A DNA stretch of 64,000 nt from Williopsis jadinii (Eukaryota), in assembly GCA_024346625.1 (NCBI GenBank), contig AP024664.1, forward strand, positions 4,402,001 to 4,466,000, in the 5' to 3' direction. A model generated the notes under the pieces. It was not told the origin of the DNA, did no database searches, and saw only the letters and a program-made list of their open reading frames with translations. Within the stretch, counting starts at the first letter, position 1. Each line of letters opens with the position of its first letter. The translations under genes and the position numbers were made by a program. This document shows positions 53,576-64,000 of the stretch, in pieces.

Positions 53576-56452
53576 TCACGCTAGATCGAACCCTGCTTCT
53601 GCGTTGATAGCATAGAGCAGTTTTTCCTTGAGAACTTGCTTGTTTCTATAGTTTGGGAGTCTCAGAAGATTGACACATGTTGAAGATGTTGGGAGCCTAT
53701 CAATGTCGGATCCGGTATTTCTGATGCCGAAATTAGGAACCAGTGCCTTGAAGCCAAGCAAGGGCGCTCTAGGAACAGAAGTGACAAACTTCACAAATTG
53801 GAACCGATCTGCACTTGTCATCTCTGCAACAATCTCCCATAGATCCTGGATTGTTTGGTCGCTTTCAGAGTATCCACCGTAGACGCAGTTCTCCTTCAGA
53901 TCTTCGATGTTAACATCAGTCTCACCTGATATCAACATCTGAAGCTCATATGGGTTGAACATTGCAAGCCATTCCTTGGATATCATCTCATAAAGACCAT
54001 TTAGAAATGAGTTGCACTGTAGAGATACCGTCTTGTTCAGCTTATAGTTTGAAACCTCATGTATGAACTTAAGTCTGTTGGCACTGGTGACGCTAATAGT
54101 TGATCCTTTTGGTATCAAGTCAAAGGTGATGTGCCTGTCATGAACGAGTTCATCAAGGCTGAATGTCAACCCTAAATTTGATAGCTCGTCATCGGTTAAC
54201 GATAACAATTTGGTCAAATTTGAATACAACTCTGAATCTAAACTTTCCAAATCATCAAAGGATGTCTTATATCCACTGTTGAACTTTGTGAGGAAGAAAT
54301 TTGCAAATGCAACATCAACAAGGACTCTATCATAGAGACATTTCCCCAGGACTTTACCCATAAAGTTCAAATAACTCAAATGCTCCAACTGTTTGGAACT
54401 GTCGATTCTGTTACGATATCTCAACCCGATCTGAGGATTCGGATATAGTTCATGGTGGTCGTTCTCCACAAACAGAGGTTCTCGAAAGCCTTCCCGTACA
54501 ACACTTGTTAGAAACTCCTTTGTAATACCACCACCGTCGATACCTTCTTCTCTACCATACTGATTGACAAATTCAATGCCGAGTTTTGTTTTAAATTGTT
54601 CACCCAATTTCCCAAAATTTTCGAATGCATCATCCAATAAATGTTCTCTTCTTATAGTGGCCGTGTATCTTCTATCAATGAAGCCAGCAAAGAAGTTTAG
54701 ATTACTATCACCTATTCCCAATCTAGCCTTATCCATTTCAACCAAACCTTGGAAAATCTCCACACGGCTATCGAAAGAGATGAAAAACGGGACTTTTTGA
54801 TAGATTTCGAACCTTGCCTGTGTATCTTTGTTCAAAGATTCCAAGAATTGTTCGCCTTCTCCATCAGAATAGTTTGTGAAATCGTTCTTTTTCTCCTCGT
54901 ATTGAGATATAACAGTTGTGATATTTCCTAATTTCAGTCTTGAAGGATCAATTAGCCAAGCATCCTTCGCCATAATCTTTAACCTCGCATCTTTGAGGTA
55001 AACCTGGGACAGTACTTTCATGACCAGATCAGAGAGCATGTCGGCTTTCTTTGAGGGAGAAACAACGCTTTTAATACTTGCACGATTCCATATCAGATTG
55101 AAAACAAACTTCTTCAAAAACATCGCAATTGCAAGGAAATTCTCCCTTGTAAAATCGTGATGTAGCAGTATCTCACGATCATTTGATATGATCAATTTGT
55201 ATTGTAGTAGCTCCAAGAAAACAAATAAATCGTGGTGTAAAAAATCCAAGTTATCTTTAAAAACTTCGTTGATGAAGTCTTGGGAAACTGAAAAGAGGGC
55301 GCTTTCATCCATATCAGTGAAGATCTCAAAGACTCGGTTTGCCAATACCTGTTTCAGCAATGGTTCAAACCCTGTTGGTATCAAATAGATCATTAGTGAC
55401 GACTTCAATCTTGGTTTCAAAACAACCAATGAACCTAATAGTCTAGTTAGCTGATTAGTATCCTGTAGCCGCTCAGATGCCAGTACAACCATATCTCTGG
55501 TGTATAAGGTCTCGATGATTTCATTACTCTGATTGTCTATAATCTTTTGCTTATACTTGATCTCCTGTTGCTCTTGATCCGATTCGTAATCGTCGTCTAA
55601 TTCTGAAGCTGTGACTAAGGAAACGTCAAACGATGATACAATCCATGATAATGCAGTGAAGAACCAAGTTGAGCTGTCATCAGCTTTCAAAATCACGTTG
55701 ATGAGTAGTTGTAACTTGTGGTCCGTATCGAGCTTCACCTCCTGTTTCGAGAGTTGCTCTGATAGTGCGATGAAGTTGATACCAAACGCGTGTAAATCGC
55801 CAACAAAATCGTTTAACAGGAACTCGAGATATTCACTTGGTTCATCGGCTGAAATCTTGTTGATAAGATCCGTCACATGTGACAATACTGAAAGGCCTGG
55901 TGTAGGAACAAGTCTTGAGGCAAACTTTGTCAGAGTTGGTATCAGAATGACATCATGACACGCTACTGGGATGATCAAGTCCACAACGTATAGCACACCC
56001 TGTGCTACCTCCAGGTCGTCAGAGGATGAAATGTCTATATTCGGTATCACGTCCCGGCAAGTCGAGAGCAATCGTTTTTGATTTACTTCTGATAGTTTAG
56101 TGTAGCCCAACGACAGCTTGGAGATCAACTGCTCGAGTTGTTGCTTTCTCCTTGGATTGTGATTGAAAGTATCGCTGTAGAATATCGTGAGCCAGTATAC
56201 CACCCTGTTGATGTCCAGCGCTTCGATGCTCCTCTCATCCCACTGGTTACAAAGCTGGTACCTTGTGTCCATGAGACGGCATCGTCTGATTACGGCTCTC
56301 TTCACAACACCAGCAGCCCTTTCCCTGCCTCGTTCCCGCTCACGCTTCTCGCGCTCTCTCTGCGTCTGCTGAAGCAGCGAGCTTCTGTTCTGCTTAAATC
56401 CGCCGCCAATGTTAACGGTTCTCTTCTTGAGTTGTCCGGTGAAGTTCATCAT
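53576..56452 (-). CDS. HUL5: HECT E3/E4 ubiquitin ligase
   Basis: MNFTGQLKKRTVNIGG N-terminus, EEGIDGGGITKEFL, RLPTSSTCVNLLRLP, AEAGFDLA. Confidence 0.9.
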   Translation of the reverse strand: MMNFTGQLKKRTVNIGGGFKQNRSSLLQQTQREREKRERERGRERAAGVVKRAVIRRCRLMDTRYQLCNQWDERSIEALDINRVVYWLTIFYSDTFNHNPRRKQQLEQLISKLSLGYTKLSEVNQKRLLSTCRDVIPNIDISSSDDLEVAQGVLYVVDLIIPVACHDVILIPTLTKFASRLVPTPGLSVLSHVTDLINKISADEPSEYLEFLLNDFVGDLHAFGINFIALSEQLSKQEVKLDTDHKLQLLINVILKADDSSTWFFTALSWIVSSFDVSLVTASELDDDYESDQEQQEIKYKQKIIDNQSNEIIETLYTRDMVVLASERLQDTNQLTRLLGSLVVLKPRLKSSLMIYLIPTGFEPLLKQVLANRVFEIFTDMDESALFSVSQDFINEVFKDNLDFLHHDLFVFLELLQYKLIISNDREILLHHDFTRENFLAIAMFLKKFVFNLIWNRASIKSVVSPSKKADMLSDLVMKVLSQVYLKDARLKIMAKDAWLIDPSRLKLGNITTVISQYEEKKNDFTNYSDGEGEQFLESLNKDTQARFEIYQKVPFFISFDSRVEIFQGLVEMDKARLGIGDSNLNFFAGFIDRRYTATIRREHLLDDAFENFGKLGEQFKTKLGIEFVNQYGREEGIDGGGITKEFLTSVVREGFREPLFVENDHHELYPNPQIGLRYRNRIDSSKQLEHLSYLNFMGKVLGKCLYDRVLVDVAFANFFLTKFNSGYKTSFDDLESLDSELYSNLTKLLSLTDDELSNLGLTFSLDELVHDRHITFDLIPKGSTISVTSANRLKFIHEVSNYKLNKTVSLQCNSFLNGLYEMISKEWLAMFNPYELQMLISGETDVNIEDLKENCVYGGYSESDQTIQDLWEIVAEMTSADRFQFVKFVTSVPRAPLLGFKALVPNFGIRNTGSDIDRLPTSSTCVNLLRLPNYRNKQVLKEKLLYAINAEAGFDLA

Positions 56453-57054
56453 CTCGTCAGACCTGCAACAGTGGCGCTTATCTTCAACTTGTATGACGGC
56501 AAGCTCCTCTCAGCCAATAAACGGGCCACTTGCAGTACACTTTCTGGTACCGTTCTGATGCTTAAGAGCAGTGCAATCCAGCGGTGTTTCCAGAATTCAG
56601 TTTATCCCGGCTCTTCGTACCAACCGCGCTATATCTGGTCGATTTGTTTACATCGCCACACACAATGCTCCTTCGTAAGCGGTCTAAAGGCCTGTGTGTC
56701 CTCTGGCCAAATCTGAAGGGGGAACGGGGGGGGGGCGTACGGGCAGCGGGTTTTTGTGCGTGTGCGCTCTCTGTTTGTTTCCACAAGGGGAAACCCCCCT
56801 GGGCTGAACTGCGGGCCGAGAGGCCGTGAGACACAACCTCAGAAGCGAGTTGGAACGAGAATTCGTGTGAAAGAGTCTCTTCAGCTGATCTGTTTGGAGT
56901 ATTTTGTTGTTTTCGATTGCAGAGGTTGTCTGAGAAGAGCTGAGCAGGCTGGGTTCAAGAGAATTATAGGGTAATTTGAAGAGGGTTGTGAGGGTTCTTG
57001 TGAGTGAGACATTATCCCTACCCCAGGAAGCGTTGTACCGGTATTATACACAAG

Positions 57055-57175
57055 AGGTATTAGGAAGAGGTACTAGGCAGGGACACTAGGCAGAGACACT
57101 AGGCACAGACACTAGACAGAGGCTCAAGGAATAGACACTAGGAAGAGGTAGAGGAACACGCTCAAGGAATACACG
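57055..57175 (+). repeat. Degenerate ~13-bp minisatellite (acactaggcagag)
   Basis: gtactaggcagg gacactaggcaga gacactaggcaca gacactagacaga ... gacactaggaaga. Confidence 0.7.
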
Positions 57176-57223
57176 CAGGGAACGGGTACAAGGCAATATT
57201 ACAAGAAACAGGCACAAGCAACA

Positions 57224-58651
57224 ATGCCCAAGATCCTCTTTACCACGGCGCTACTCTTACGAGCGTGCCATGGACTCCCTGTGGGCATGCACGAGAATGG
57301 AAACGGAGAGTACACCTCTGATGGGGATGTGTTTGCGTTGGTGATGGTTCTCGTCTCGCTGGTGCTATCGGCACTCATGGGACTGGCTGTTGTCGGCCTC
57401 GTGGTGTTCACCATCGTCAAGACGTGGAAGGACAAGAAGTCGGTGAAGTTGGAGACTATGGTGCCGGGTCAGTTGGACGACGAGTTCGAAATTGAAGAGA
57501 GGCTAAGGGACCTCTCGCCCAACGAGCAAAACTTGTACCGTTCCGGTCAGGATTACATTAAACAATACCCTCCTTTCAACGAGGAACTTTCGCTTTCAAC
57601 ACATATGGCCATACAGGAGAAGGGTGTCCAGGCTTGGGAATTCATTCCAGACCCAAGCTTGCCCAACGATGCGATCGTTGTGCAGGACAGAACAGAACTA
57701 CACTTTACAAGCTTTGACTACCAGTGCTCCATCCAGACGAATCTACCGATACCGAAGATCAACGATGTCTATTACTATGAAGTAAAGATGTACCAGTTGG
57801 ACTCACCGGAGGATACGTTGGTGTCGTTGGGCCTCTCTACAAAGCCATATCCTTATTTTAGACTTCCAGGAAGACACCTCTACTCGGTTGCTTATGACTC
57901 TAACGGCACGAGACGTGTGAACAACAGCTTTAAGCTTAGCGATAACGAGCTCGATGTGTTCCCAAAGTTGAAATATGGTGACGTTGTTGGTGTTGGCTAC
58001 AGGGTTCGTTCAGGAACGATCTTCTTCACCAGAAATGGTAAGAAAGTTAGTGAAAAGTCTCTTGGTGGACACATCAAGGGAATGCGTATGAATAACATCT
58101 TCCCAACGATTGGTTCCAATAACCCTTGTGTTCTCCATGTGAACTTGGGCCAAGCCGGCTATGTATTCATTGAGGCGAACATCAAGAAATGGGGGTATGG
58201 CTCAAGAGAAGGGTCTAGACCCCCTCTACCGGAGTACAACACGAGTAGCCAGGACCTACTCTTGGAATCTTCCAACGAGGACGATGAAGATATCATTGAT
58301 CCTCCAGACTTCTTTGCAAACACTGGATATGAGAGCTCATCTACCAGTTTACAGAACTCTGCTAAAGATATTATCACTTTGAACACTTTACCACCTGATG
58401 AGCCTCCCGTGTACGATGATGAGGATCCAAATGCAGTGATGTCGTTGCAGAGAATCACGGAACATAATCAGTTTTTAAACGACGATGATGACCATGGGTA
58501 TGATGGAGATCACCCTGATGATGTGTATGAGGAAGGAGATGATTATGACGATGATGATATACGGCGTACGGTTTACGAGGCCAGAATCGCTACAGAGCTG
58601 AGGGAAACGTCAATCTCGCCGGACGATTCTGACGCTAATGTTCATCTTTAG
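57224..58651 (+). CDS. Membrane SPRY-domain Rsp5 adaptor (Ssh4/Ear1 family)
   Basis: N-terminal hydrophobic segments, IQEKGVQAWEF, SPRY domain (YYYEVK...LSTKPYPYFRLPGRH...GDVVGVGY...FFTRNG), PY-like LPEY and PPVY motifs; SSH4 versus EAR1 not resolved. Confidence 0.9.
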   Translation: MPKILFTTALLLRACHGLPVGMHENGNGEYTSDGDVFALVMVLVSLVLSALMGLAVVGLVVFTIVKTWKDKKSVKLETMVPGQLDDEFEIEERLRDLSPNEQNLYRSGQDYIKQYPPFNEELSLSTHMAIQEKGVQAWEFIPDPSLPNDAIVVQDRTELHFTSFDYQCSIQTNLPIPKINDVYYYEVKMYQLDSPEDTLVSLGLSTKPYPYFRLPGRHLYSVAYDSNGTRRVNNSFKLSDNELDVFPKLKYGDVVGVGYRVRSGTIFFTRNGKKVSEKSLGGHIKGMRMNNIFPTIGSNNPCVLHVNLGQAGYVFIEANIKKWGYGSREGSRPPLPEYNTSSQDLLLESSNEDDEDIIDPPDFFANTGYESSSTSLQNSAKDIITLNTLPPDEPPVYDDEDPNAVMSLQRITEHNQFLNDDDDHGYDGDHPDDVYEEGDDYDDDDIRRTVYEARIATELRETSISPDDSDANVHL

Positions 58652-59119
58652 ATATGCAATGGGAAGGGAGTGTGAAAATTAAACGGTACAACATACGGCA
58701 TGATATATATTAGAGAAGAGCAAGGAAATTGCAAGGTATTTGGTATTTGGTATTTGGTATAACAATATTGAGACATGTGCTTACGTCAACTGTTCCATGT
58801 TTCATCTTTCTATTGTTCTTTTCATTTATAACCTGTGTCATGGGCTTGTTGAACTGTAGTGATATTCCTCCAGAACCATCCAAATGGTCTGTATAGATGA
58901 ATTGTAAGCACGAGTACCTTAATATCAACAATACAAACCGGTGATGTGTGTCTCCATACTGTTCCAGACGGCCCAGCCTTTACAACACAGAAATAGAGAT
59001 TACATATACAACTACGGTTATATAACCAACCCTGATGGTTCCATGAGTAATGGACATCTCGTTAACAACTTGTTACATAGAACTGAATGCAAATAGCCTG
59101 AGAAACACTCCTAAAACAC

Positions 59120-59146
59120 ACGCGTAAACGTAGTGAAAGGACGCGT
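59120..59146. promoter_or_regulatory. Two MCB (ACGCGT) elements upstream of DNA2
   Basis: ACGCGT at 59120-59125 and 59141-59146. Confidence 0.7.
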
Positions 59147-59324
59147 CGGTTGGAGCGAGCGACACATTCGCGCTCTTTACCGGTTTGGGCAGCATTTTGT
59201 TACGAGGCACAAAATGTAAACAATCCACAAAGGCAAAGGGCAAAATTCAACTACAATCACAAACTTCAACATCGGATACTACGAAAGACCAAAGCTGCTG
59301 CTTGAATCAAACACTGTTATCTCT

Positions 59325-62300
59325 ATGGCGAAAAGACGTACAGATGCTGTACCGTCGTCTCCTAGCAGACAAGTTGGGAAGAAGAAGATGGAGGACGAGG
59401 GCCTGGAGGAGGATGGTGACGAAGTTAGACGTGAGAAGCCTCAGAAGAAGAAGAAAAGAATAGTGTACCAGTTTGGGCCGCCAAAGTCCGCTGTTGGCGC
59501 TACATCAACACCGTTAAAGATGGTCAAGATCGATGTGAACTGTGCGGAGAAGAAGCGTGATGATGAGGAGCTTGCTATGACGCCGCCAAAAGTAGTGAAC
59601 GACTCTCTTTTGATTCCTGAGTGCGACGATTCGGGAAGCTCTCATGAGGATAGAATTTATTGGGTGCCGACGCCTCAGAAGCATAGAACTCCGCAGAAGC
59701 CACTGTCATCGCCCTTTGAAGACGTGAAAAACTTGCACATCTCACCAGTGAACCCACTGGCAGAAATCTCTCGTATGTGTGGAGGTTCTTTGCCCTATGA
59801 GAATTTGGCCTTGACACAGACATCACCAAAAAGAGCGTTCCAGAGGAAGACCCCATCTGTCGCTAATAAGAGTGAAAGTTTTCCTCCGACTTTCAAATCG
59901 AGAAAGTCCAGTGAGCCAAGAAGACCACTATGGAAGGCTGCGATGTCATTCAACACTCCGGTCACAGAGAACACCATCAAGAGTCGGGACGTTGCGGCGT
60001 TGATATCCACGGTGGAGAACGCTGTTAGTGCTGCCTCGAGGGCTAAAAGCGGCAATACCAGCTGGGCTGTTGAAGATACACCTTCTAAACCGATGGATGT
60101 TGTTAGGGCTGGTAATGATGCACCCCAAGTTAAAACTGAAATAGCTGAACAAATACAGAGTCGAAGCAAGGGTCAGGATCAACATCCTGAGGATTTCGAC
60201 AATTCAAGTGATGTATTTGCAGATGATTTCAGCGAGGACTTTATGAACGATTTGGATGCTGCTCTTGCAAGACCTTCGCAGGTACATTTGTCTAATCCTA
60301 CAAAAGCGGGAGAGAAGAATTCTATAGATTCGGTTCAGGAACCTCCAGCTAACTTTAGTCAAGAGGATGATGACTTTGGAACCTTTGATTCTGATGATGA
60401 TGATATGCTGGATAGTCTCTTATTGGCAAAAACCCAAGTCCAGCCAAAAATAAAGATGGAAATTTTAAATACCCAACAAAGAGTTATAGAGACAGCTGAT
60501 AGAGAAGGCTCGATGGTCTTTAAAAGGAACATTGAAGACACCGATAACAATGTCGATATCTTCAAAAAGGAAGATGTGAACTTGGCCCAGTCGGCTGTCG
60601 AAAGGGATGGAATCAAGAGATTCGAGGTAATGAACGTTATGAACACATTTTATGTTGTTAAGGGAGGTATGAAAAAACCACAGAAACTTTTAACAGTACG
60701 AGATTCGAAAGGCGAATCTCATAAGATCTTTGTCAGAGATATGTGGGAAACTTTAGACATTCAGCCGAGGGATGTTATTCATATTGTTGGTGAAAACTCC
60801 AGAATAGTGGATGCCAACTCGCATAACTTATTGGTTTGGAATCCTGACATTTTACTTTCTGCAACTTTGGTAAGTGATACAATTAGCTGTGATAGAAGGT
60901 CTGTTCTTAAAACCAAGTTGGACTTTGCTGGCGAGTACAATGTCTTCCTACTTGTTGGTGAAATTGTTCACTGTATCTTCCAATACGTTTTAAAAGAGCA
61001 TTTCTGTTCAATGGAGCTCATGCAGCAGGAGATGGAAAGACAGCTACAAGATAACATGTTAACCATTCTTACCATTGGTGAAACTACTGCTTCAGTACGT
61101 GCTCAAGTGATGGAACATTTGCCTTATATCAATACCTGGTTTGAACTTTACGTCAAGGAAAGGCCATCAAGTTCAGCGTCAATCAAGATCAACAAATACA
61201 AAGAACGTACGTTGTTTGCAACGAGTAATATCATTGACATTGAAGAGAACATTTGGTCACCAGCATATGGTTTGAGAGGTCTGATTGACGTCACCATCGA
61301 GGCCTTTTTAGATAACCAAAACACTAAGGGTAAGTTTGTTGCACCAATGGAATTAAAATCTGGTGGAAGAGCTCTGGTATCACATAAGGCACAGGCTGCT
61401 CTATACACCCTTTTGATGAAAGACAGATATGAAATGGATGTCCAATTCTTCATGCTGGTCTATACTAAACTCAAGGAAACTACAAAACACGAAATCGACC
61501 AAAGGGAGTTGAAAGACTTGATGATGTTGAGAAATCGTCTATCCAAATATCTCCGGGAAGGAACATCTGAGCTTCCTGAAATCAAACGTCAAAGTCAATG
61601 CGATAGATGTTATGCAGTTGAAGGTTGTATGACCATAAACAAGCTTACTGAATCTGGTACTGATGAGCTCAGTGGTCTTCCCAATGGTATGTTTGATAAT
61701 ATGACAGGTCATCTAGATAACCCTAAGTATAAGGAATTCTATCAGAAGTGGGATGACCTCGTCACGAAGGAAGAAGGTACGATCAACTTGTTGAAAAAGG
61801 ACTTGTTTGCCGTTGACGGGGAAACGCGTGAAAAGACTTCTGGTAAATGTCTTTCAAACCTCGTTATCGATAACTTTGAAGATGACACAAACGATGAGAA
61901 TGATGGTTATATTTACACATTCAAGAGGAAGATGAATGGATCATCTCCTTTGAACATGTCGCAGTTGGCTAAACATGATCGTATCATCGTCAGTGATGAA
62001 GCTGGTCATTTTGGTCTATGCTTTGGCTTCATCAAATATCTCCGAGAAGATGCCATCAGCATATCAACCAATAGAAGACTTCGTAACAATGTTGTGAAAT
62101 CTAAGGGTTTCAATATTGAAAATAATCAGACATTTCAAACCGTCTTGAGGCCATTGCAAGACTCTCAGGGAGTCAATCCGGATATTACATTTAGAATTGA
62201 TAAAGATGAAATGTTTCACGGTATGAGGTTGGCAAGATACAATATTCTTAACCTCTTCCTAAAGGATGGTGACTCCAGGAGAAGAGAGCTTATTGTTGAT

Positions 62301-63746
62301 GATGTTGCTCCACGATTTGAACCGCAACCTCTACCGTTCACATTAGAACAAGGTCATACATTCAATGAAGACCAAATAAAAGCATTTGAAAAGGTTCTTT
62401 CTACCAAAGATTACAGTCTCTTGCTAGGTATGCCTGGTACTGGAAAGACTACAGTTATTGCTCAGTTGATCAAGTTTTTGGTCAAAAACAAAAAGACTGT
62501 GTTGTTAACGGCATACACACATTCTGCAGTTGATAACATCTTGATGAAGATTAAGGGAGAGGACTTTGGAGTTGTCAGACTTGGTAATTTGTCTCGTGTT
62601 CATAAGGAGACACAAGTGTTTTCCCCTTACAAAAAGGTGGTAAAGACTGCTAAGGACCTCCAAGAGGTGTTCCTCGATCCTCCTGTGGTTGCAACTACAT
62701 GTTTAGGCATCAGTGAATGGATCTTCAACAGAAGGAAGTTCGACTATTGCATTGTGGATGAATCTTCTCAGGTCTCCATGCCAGTGTGTCTTGGGCCTCT
62801 GAGATTTTGTGACAAATTTGTTCTTGTTGGAGATCACTTCCAGCTACCACCTTTGGTTCAGAATCCGGAAGCCAAGGCTGGTTTATCGAAGTCTTTGTTC
62901 AAGATTCTAAGCGAGAGGCACCCTGAGTCAGTTGTTGATTTAACTCATCAGTACAGGATGTGCTCGGATATAATGTTGTTATCAAACACCCTCATATATG
63001 AAGGTCGTCTCAAATGCGGATCAGAAATGGTTGCCAATCTGTCTCTCAAAATTCCTTTCATTGAGAAGCTTATAACCACCTTTCCTGATGGTCTCTGCCC
63101 AGCCCAACGATGGCTTGACACAGTCCTTGACTCAAACAACAGGGTTCTATTCTTGAACCATGATGAGGTTGGTGGATGCCAGGAAACAAGCTCCAAGGAG
63201 AACATTGAAAACCCCAAAGAAGCTGAGTTAGTGTTCCAGATAGTTGAGGCAATGATCCTGTGTGGTGTTCCTGAAAAGAGCATAGGTGTTATGTCCTTCT
63301 ACCGTGCACAGCTCCGTCTATTCTATAGAAAGTTTTCCGCTAGAAAAGACGTGGAGATGTTGACAGCCGATCAGTTCCAAGGTCGTGATAAAGACTGTGT
63401 CATTATTTCTCTAGTGAAATCAAACAACAACAACAACATTGGAAGTTTGTTGAAAGAATGGAGAAGGGTCAACGTGGCAATTACGCGTGCTAAGTCGAAA
63501 CTAATCATCATTGGCTCCAAACGCACGTTGAAGAACTTGAGCACTCTTGATGCCTTTATGAAAATATTAGATTCCAGAGGATGGTTCTACGACCTTCCAC
63601 CAAAAGCAGACACTTTTTACACTTTCAAAACACCGTCAACTAAACATGGCGATGTCACAATCTCACCAGTGAAGAAGATGAAGGACTCCAGAGTTGTTCA
63701 GAGTAAACCACTTGCAAGAGAGATTGCAGAAGAGATGGACCTCTAA
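59325..63746 (+). CDS. DNA2: Dna2 nuclease/helicase
   Basis: DIEENIWSPAYGLRGLID...PMELKSG nuclease domain, Fe-S cysteines, GMPGTGKTT Walker A, DESSQ, LVGDHFQLPP, DQFQGRDKD. Confidence 0.97.
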   Translation: MAKRRTDAVPSSPSRQVGKKKMEDEGLEEDGDEVRREKPQKKKKRIVYQFGPPKSAVGATSTPLKMVKIDVNCAEKKRDDEELAMTPPKVVNDSLLIPECDDSGSSHEDRIYWVPTPQKHRTPQKPLSSPFEDVKNLHISPVNPLAEISRMCGGSLPYENLALTQTSPKRAFQRKTPSVANKSESFPPTFKSRKSSEPRRPLWKAAMSFNTPVTENTIKSRDVAALISTVENAVSAASRAKSGNTSWAVEDTPSKPMDVVRAGNDAPQVKTEIAEQIQSRSKGQDQHPEDFDNSSDVFADDFSEDFMNDLDAALARPSQVHLSNPTKAGEKNSIDSVQEPPANFSQEDDDFGTFDSDDDDMLDSLLLAKTQVQPKIKMEILNTQQRVIETADREGSMVFKRNIEDTDNNVDIFKKEDVNLAQSAVERDGIKRFEVMNVMNTFYVVKGGMKKPQKLLTVRDSKGESHKIFVRDMWETLDIQPRDVIHIVGENSRIVDANSHNLLVWNPDILLSATLVSDTISCDRRSVLKTKLDFAGEYNVFLLVGEIVHCIFQYVLKEHFCSMELMQQEMERQLQDNMLTILTIGETTASVRAQVMEHLPYINTWFELYVKERPSSSASIKINKYKERTLFATSNIIDIEENIWSPAYGLRGLIDVTIEAFLDNQNTKGKFVAPMELKSGGRALVSHKAQAALYTLLMKDRYEMDVQFFMLVYTKLKETTKHEIDQRELKDLMMLRNRLSKYLREGTSELPEIKRQSQCDRCYAVEGCMTINKLTESGTDELSGLPNGMFDNMTGHLDNPKYKEFYQKWDDLVTKEEGTINLLKKDLFAVDGETREKTSGKCLSNLVIDNFEDDTNDENDGYIYTFKRKMNGSSPLNMSQLAKHDRIIVSDEAGHFGLCFGFIKYLREDAISISTNRRLRNNVVKSKGFNIENNQTFQTVLRPLQDSQGVNPDITFRIDKDEMFHGMRLARYNILNLFLKDGDSRRRELIVDDVAPRFEPQPLPFTLEQGHTFNEDQIKAFEKVLSTKDYSLLLGMPGTGKTTVIAQLIKFLVKNKKTVLLTAYTHSAVDNILMKIKGEDFGVVRLGNLSRVHKETQVFSPYKKVVKTAKDLQEVFLDPPVVATTCLGISEWIFNRRKFDYCIVDESSQVSMPVCLGPLRFCDKFVLVGDHFQLPPLVQNPEAKAGLSKSLFKILSERHPESVVDLTHQYRMCSDIMLLSNTLIYEGRLKCGSEMVANLSLKIPFIEKLITTFPDGLCPAQRWLDTVLDSNNRVLFLNHDEVGGCQETSSKENIENPKEAELVFQIVEAMILCGVPEKSIGVMSFYRAQLRLFYRKFSARKDVEMLTADQFQGRDKDCVIISLVKSNNNNNIGSLLKEWRRVNVAITRAKSKLIIIGSKRTLKNLSTLDAFMKILDSRGWFYDLPPKADTFYTFKTPSTKHGDVTISPVKKMKDSRVVQSKPLAREIAEEMDL

Positions 63747-63874
63747 CTTCTACATATTACAGTGCATTTGAATATTTATTTACAGCATCCATACGTACGA
63801 AAAAAAAAAAGATAATCATGATCAATTAGCGTAGGCCCATTCAACGTTGTACAGATAGCCTGCTATCCACTGAC

Positions 63875-64000
63875 TCATTCCAGATCTTTTAGTCTTCTTT
63901 CAATGATTGCATCCACATTCTCAGCAGATTCAGCTGGTAAAAATCTCAACTTTTTCCCAATTTTCTGTACAGTGGAGTCTTTCAACCTTCTTTTTATGAT
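63875..64000 (-). CDS. Probable 3-prime end of a convergent gene entering from the window end
   Basis: Open frame IIKRRLKDSTVQKIGKKLRFLPAESAENVDAIIERRLKDLE* convergent with DNA2; too short to identify. Confidence 0.35.
   Translation of the reverse strand: MIKRRLKDSTVQKIGKKLRFLPAESAENVDAIIERRLKDLE

Overview
Budding-yeast (Saccharomycotina) nuclear DNA, judged from spliceosomal introns with TACTAAC-type branch points and recognisable yeast orthologues; the species cannot be fixed from sequence alone. From about 18 kb to the end it is an ordinary core gene block: RPL43, SFC1, CBP4, APS3, FIP1, BUD4, JSN1, ERG1, BIR1, GRR1, MKT1, PHO2, HUL5, an SSH4/EAR1-family gene and DNA2. Much of this matches the S. 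cerevisiae chromosome X BIR1-GRR1-JSN1-BUD4-FIP1-IME1-RPL43B-SFC1 neighbourhood. Two genes stand out: a single-chain triple Rid/YjgF protein ending in peroxisomal SKL, and a spliced gene at the IME1 position with an SCA7-like zinc finger. Between a NIK1-type histidine kinase (1-1475) and 17.6 kb lies an accessory island of about 15.5 kb. It has two ~1.25 kb direct repeats, each starting at a long imperfect hairpin whose loop occurs in both orientations. It also holds decayed Helitron Rep, MULE and probable tyrosine-recombinase coding remnants, and one intact gene, an ALS/agglutinin-like GPI adhesin. All remnant assignments come from manual translation and motif recognition, not database searches.
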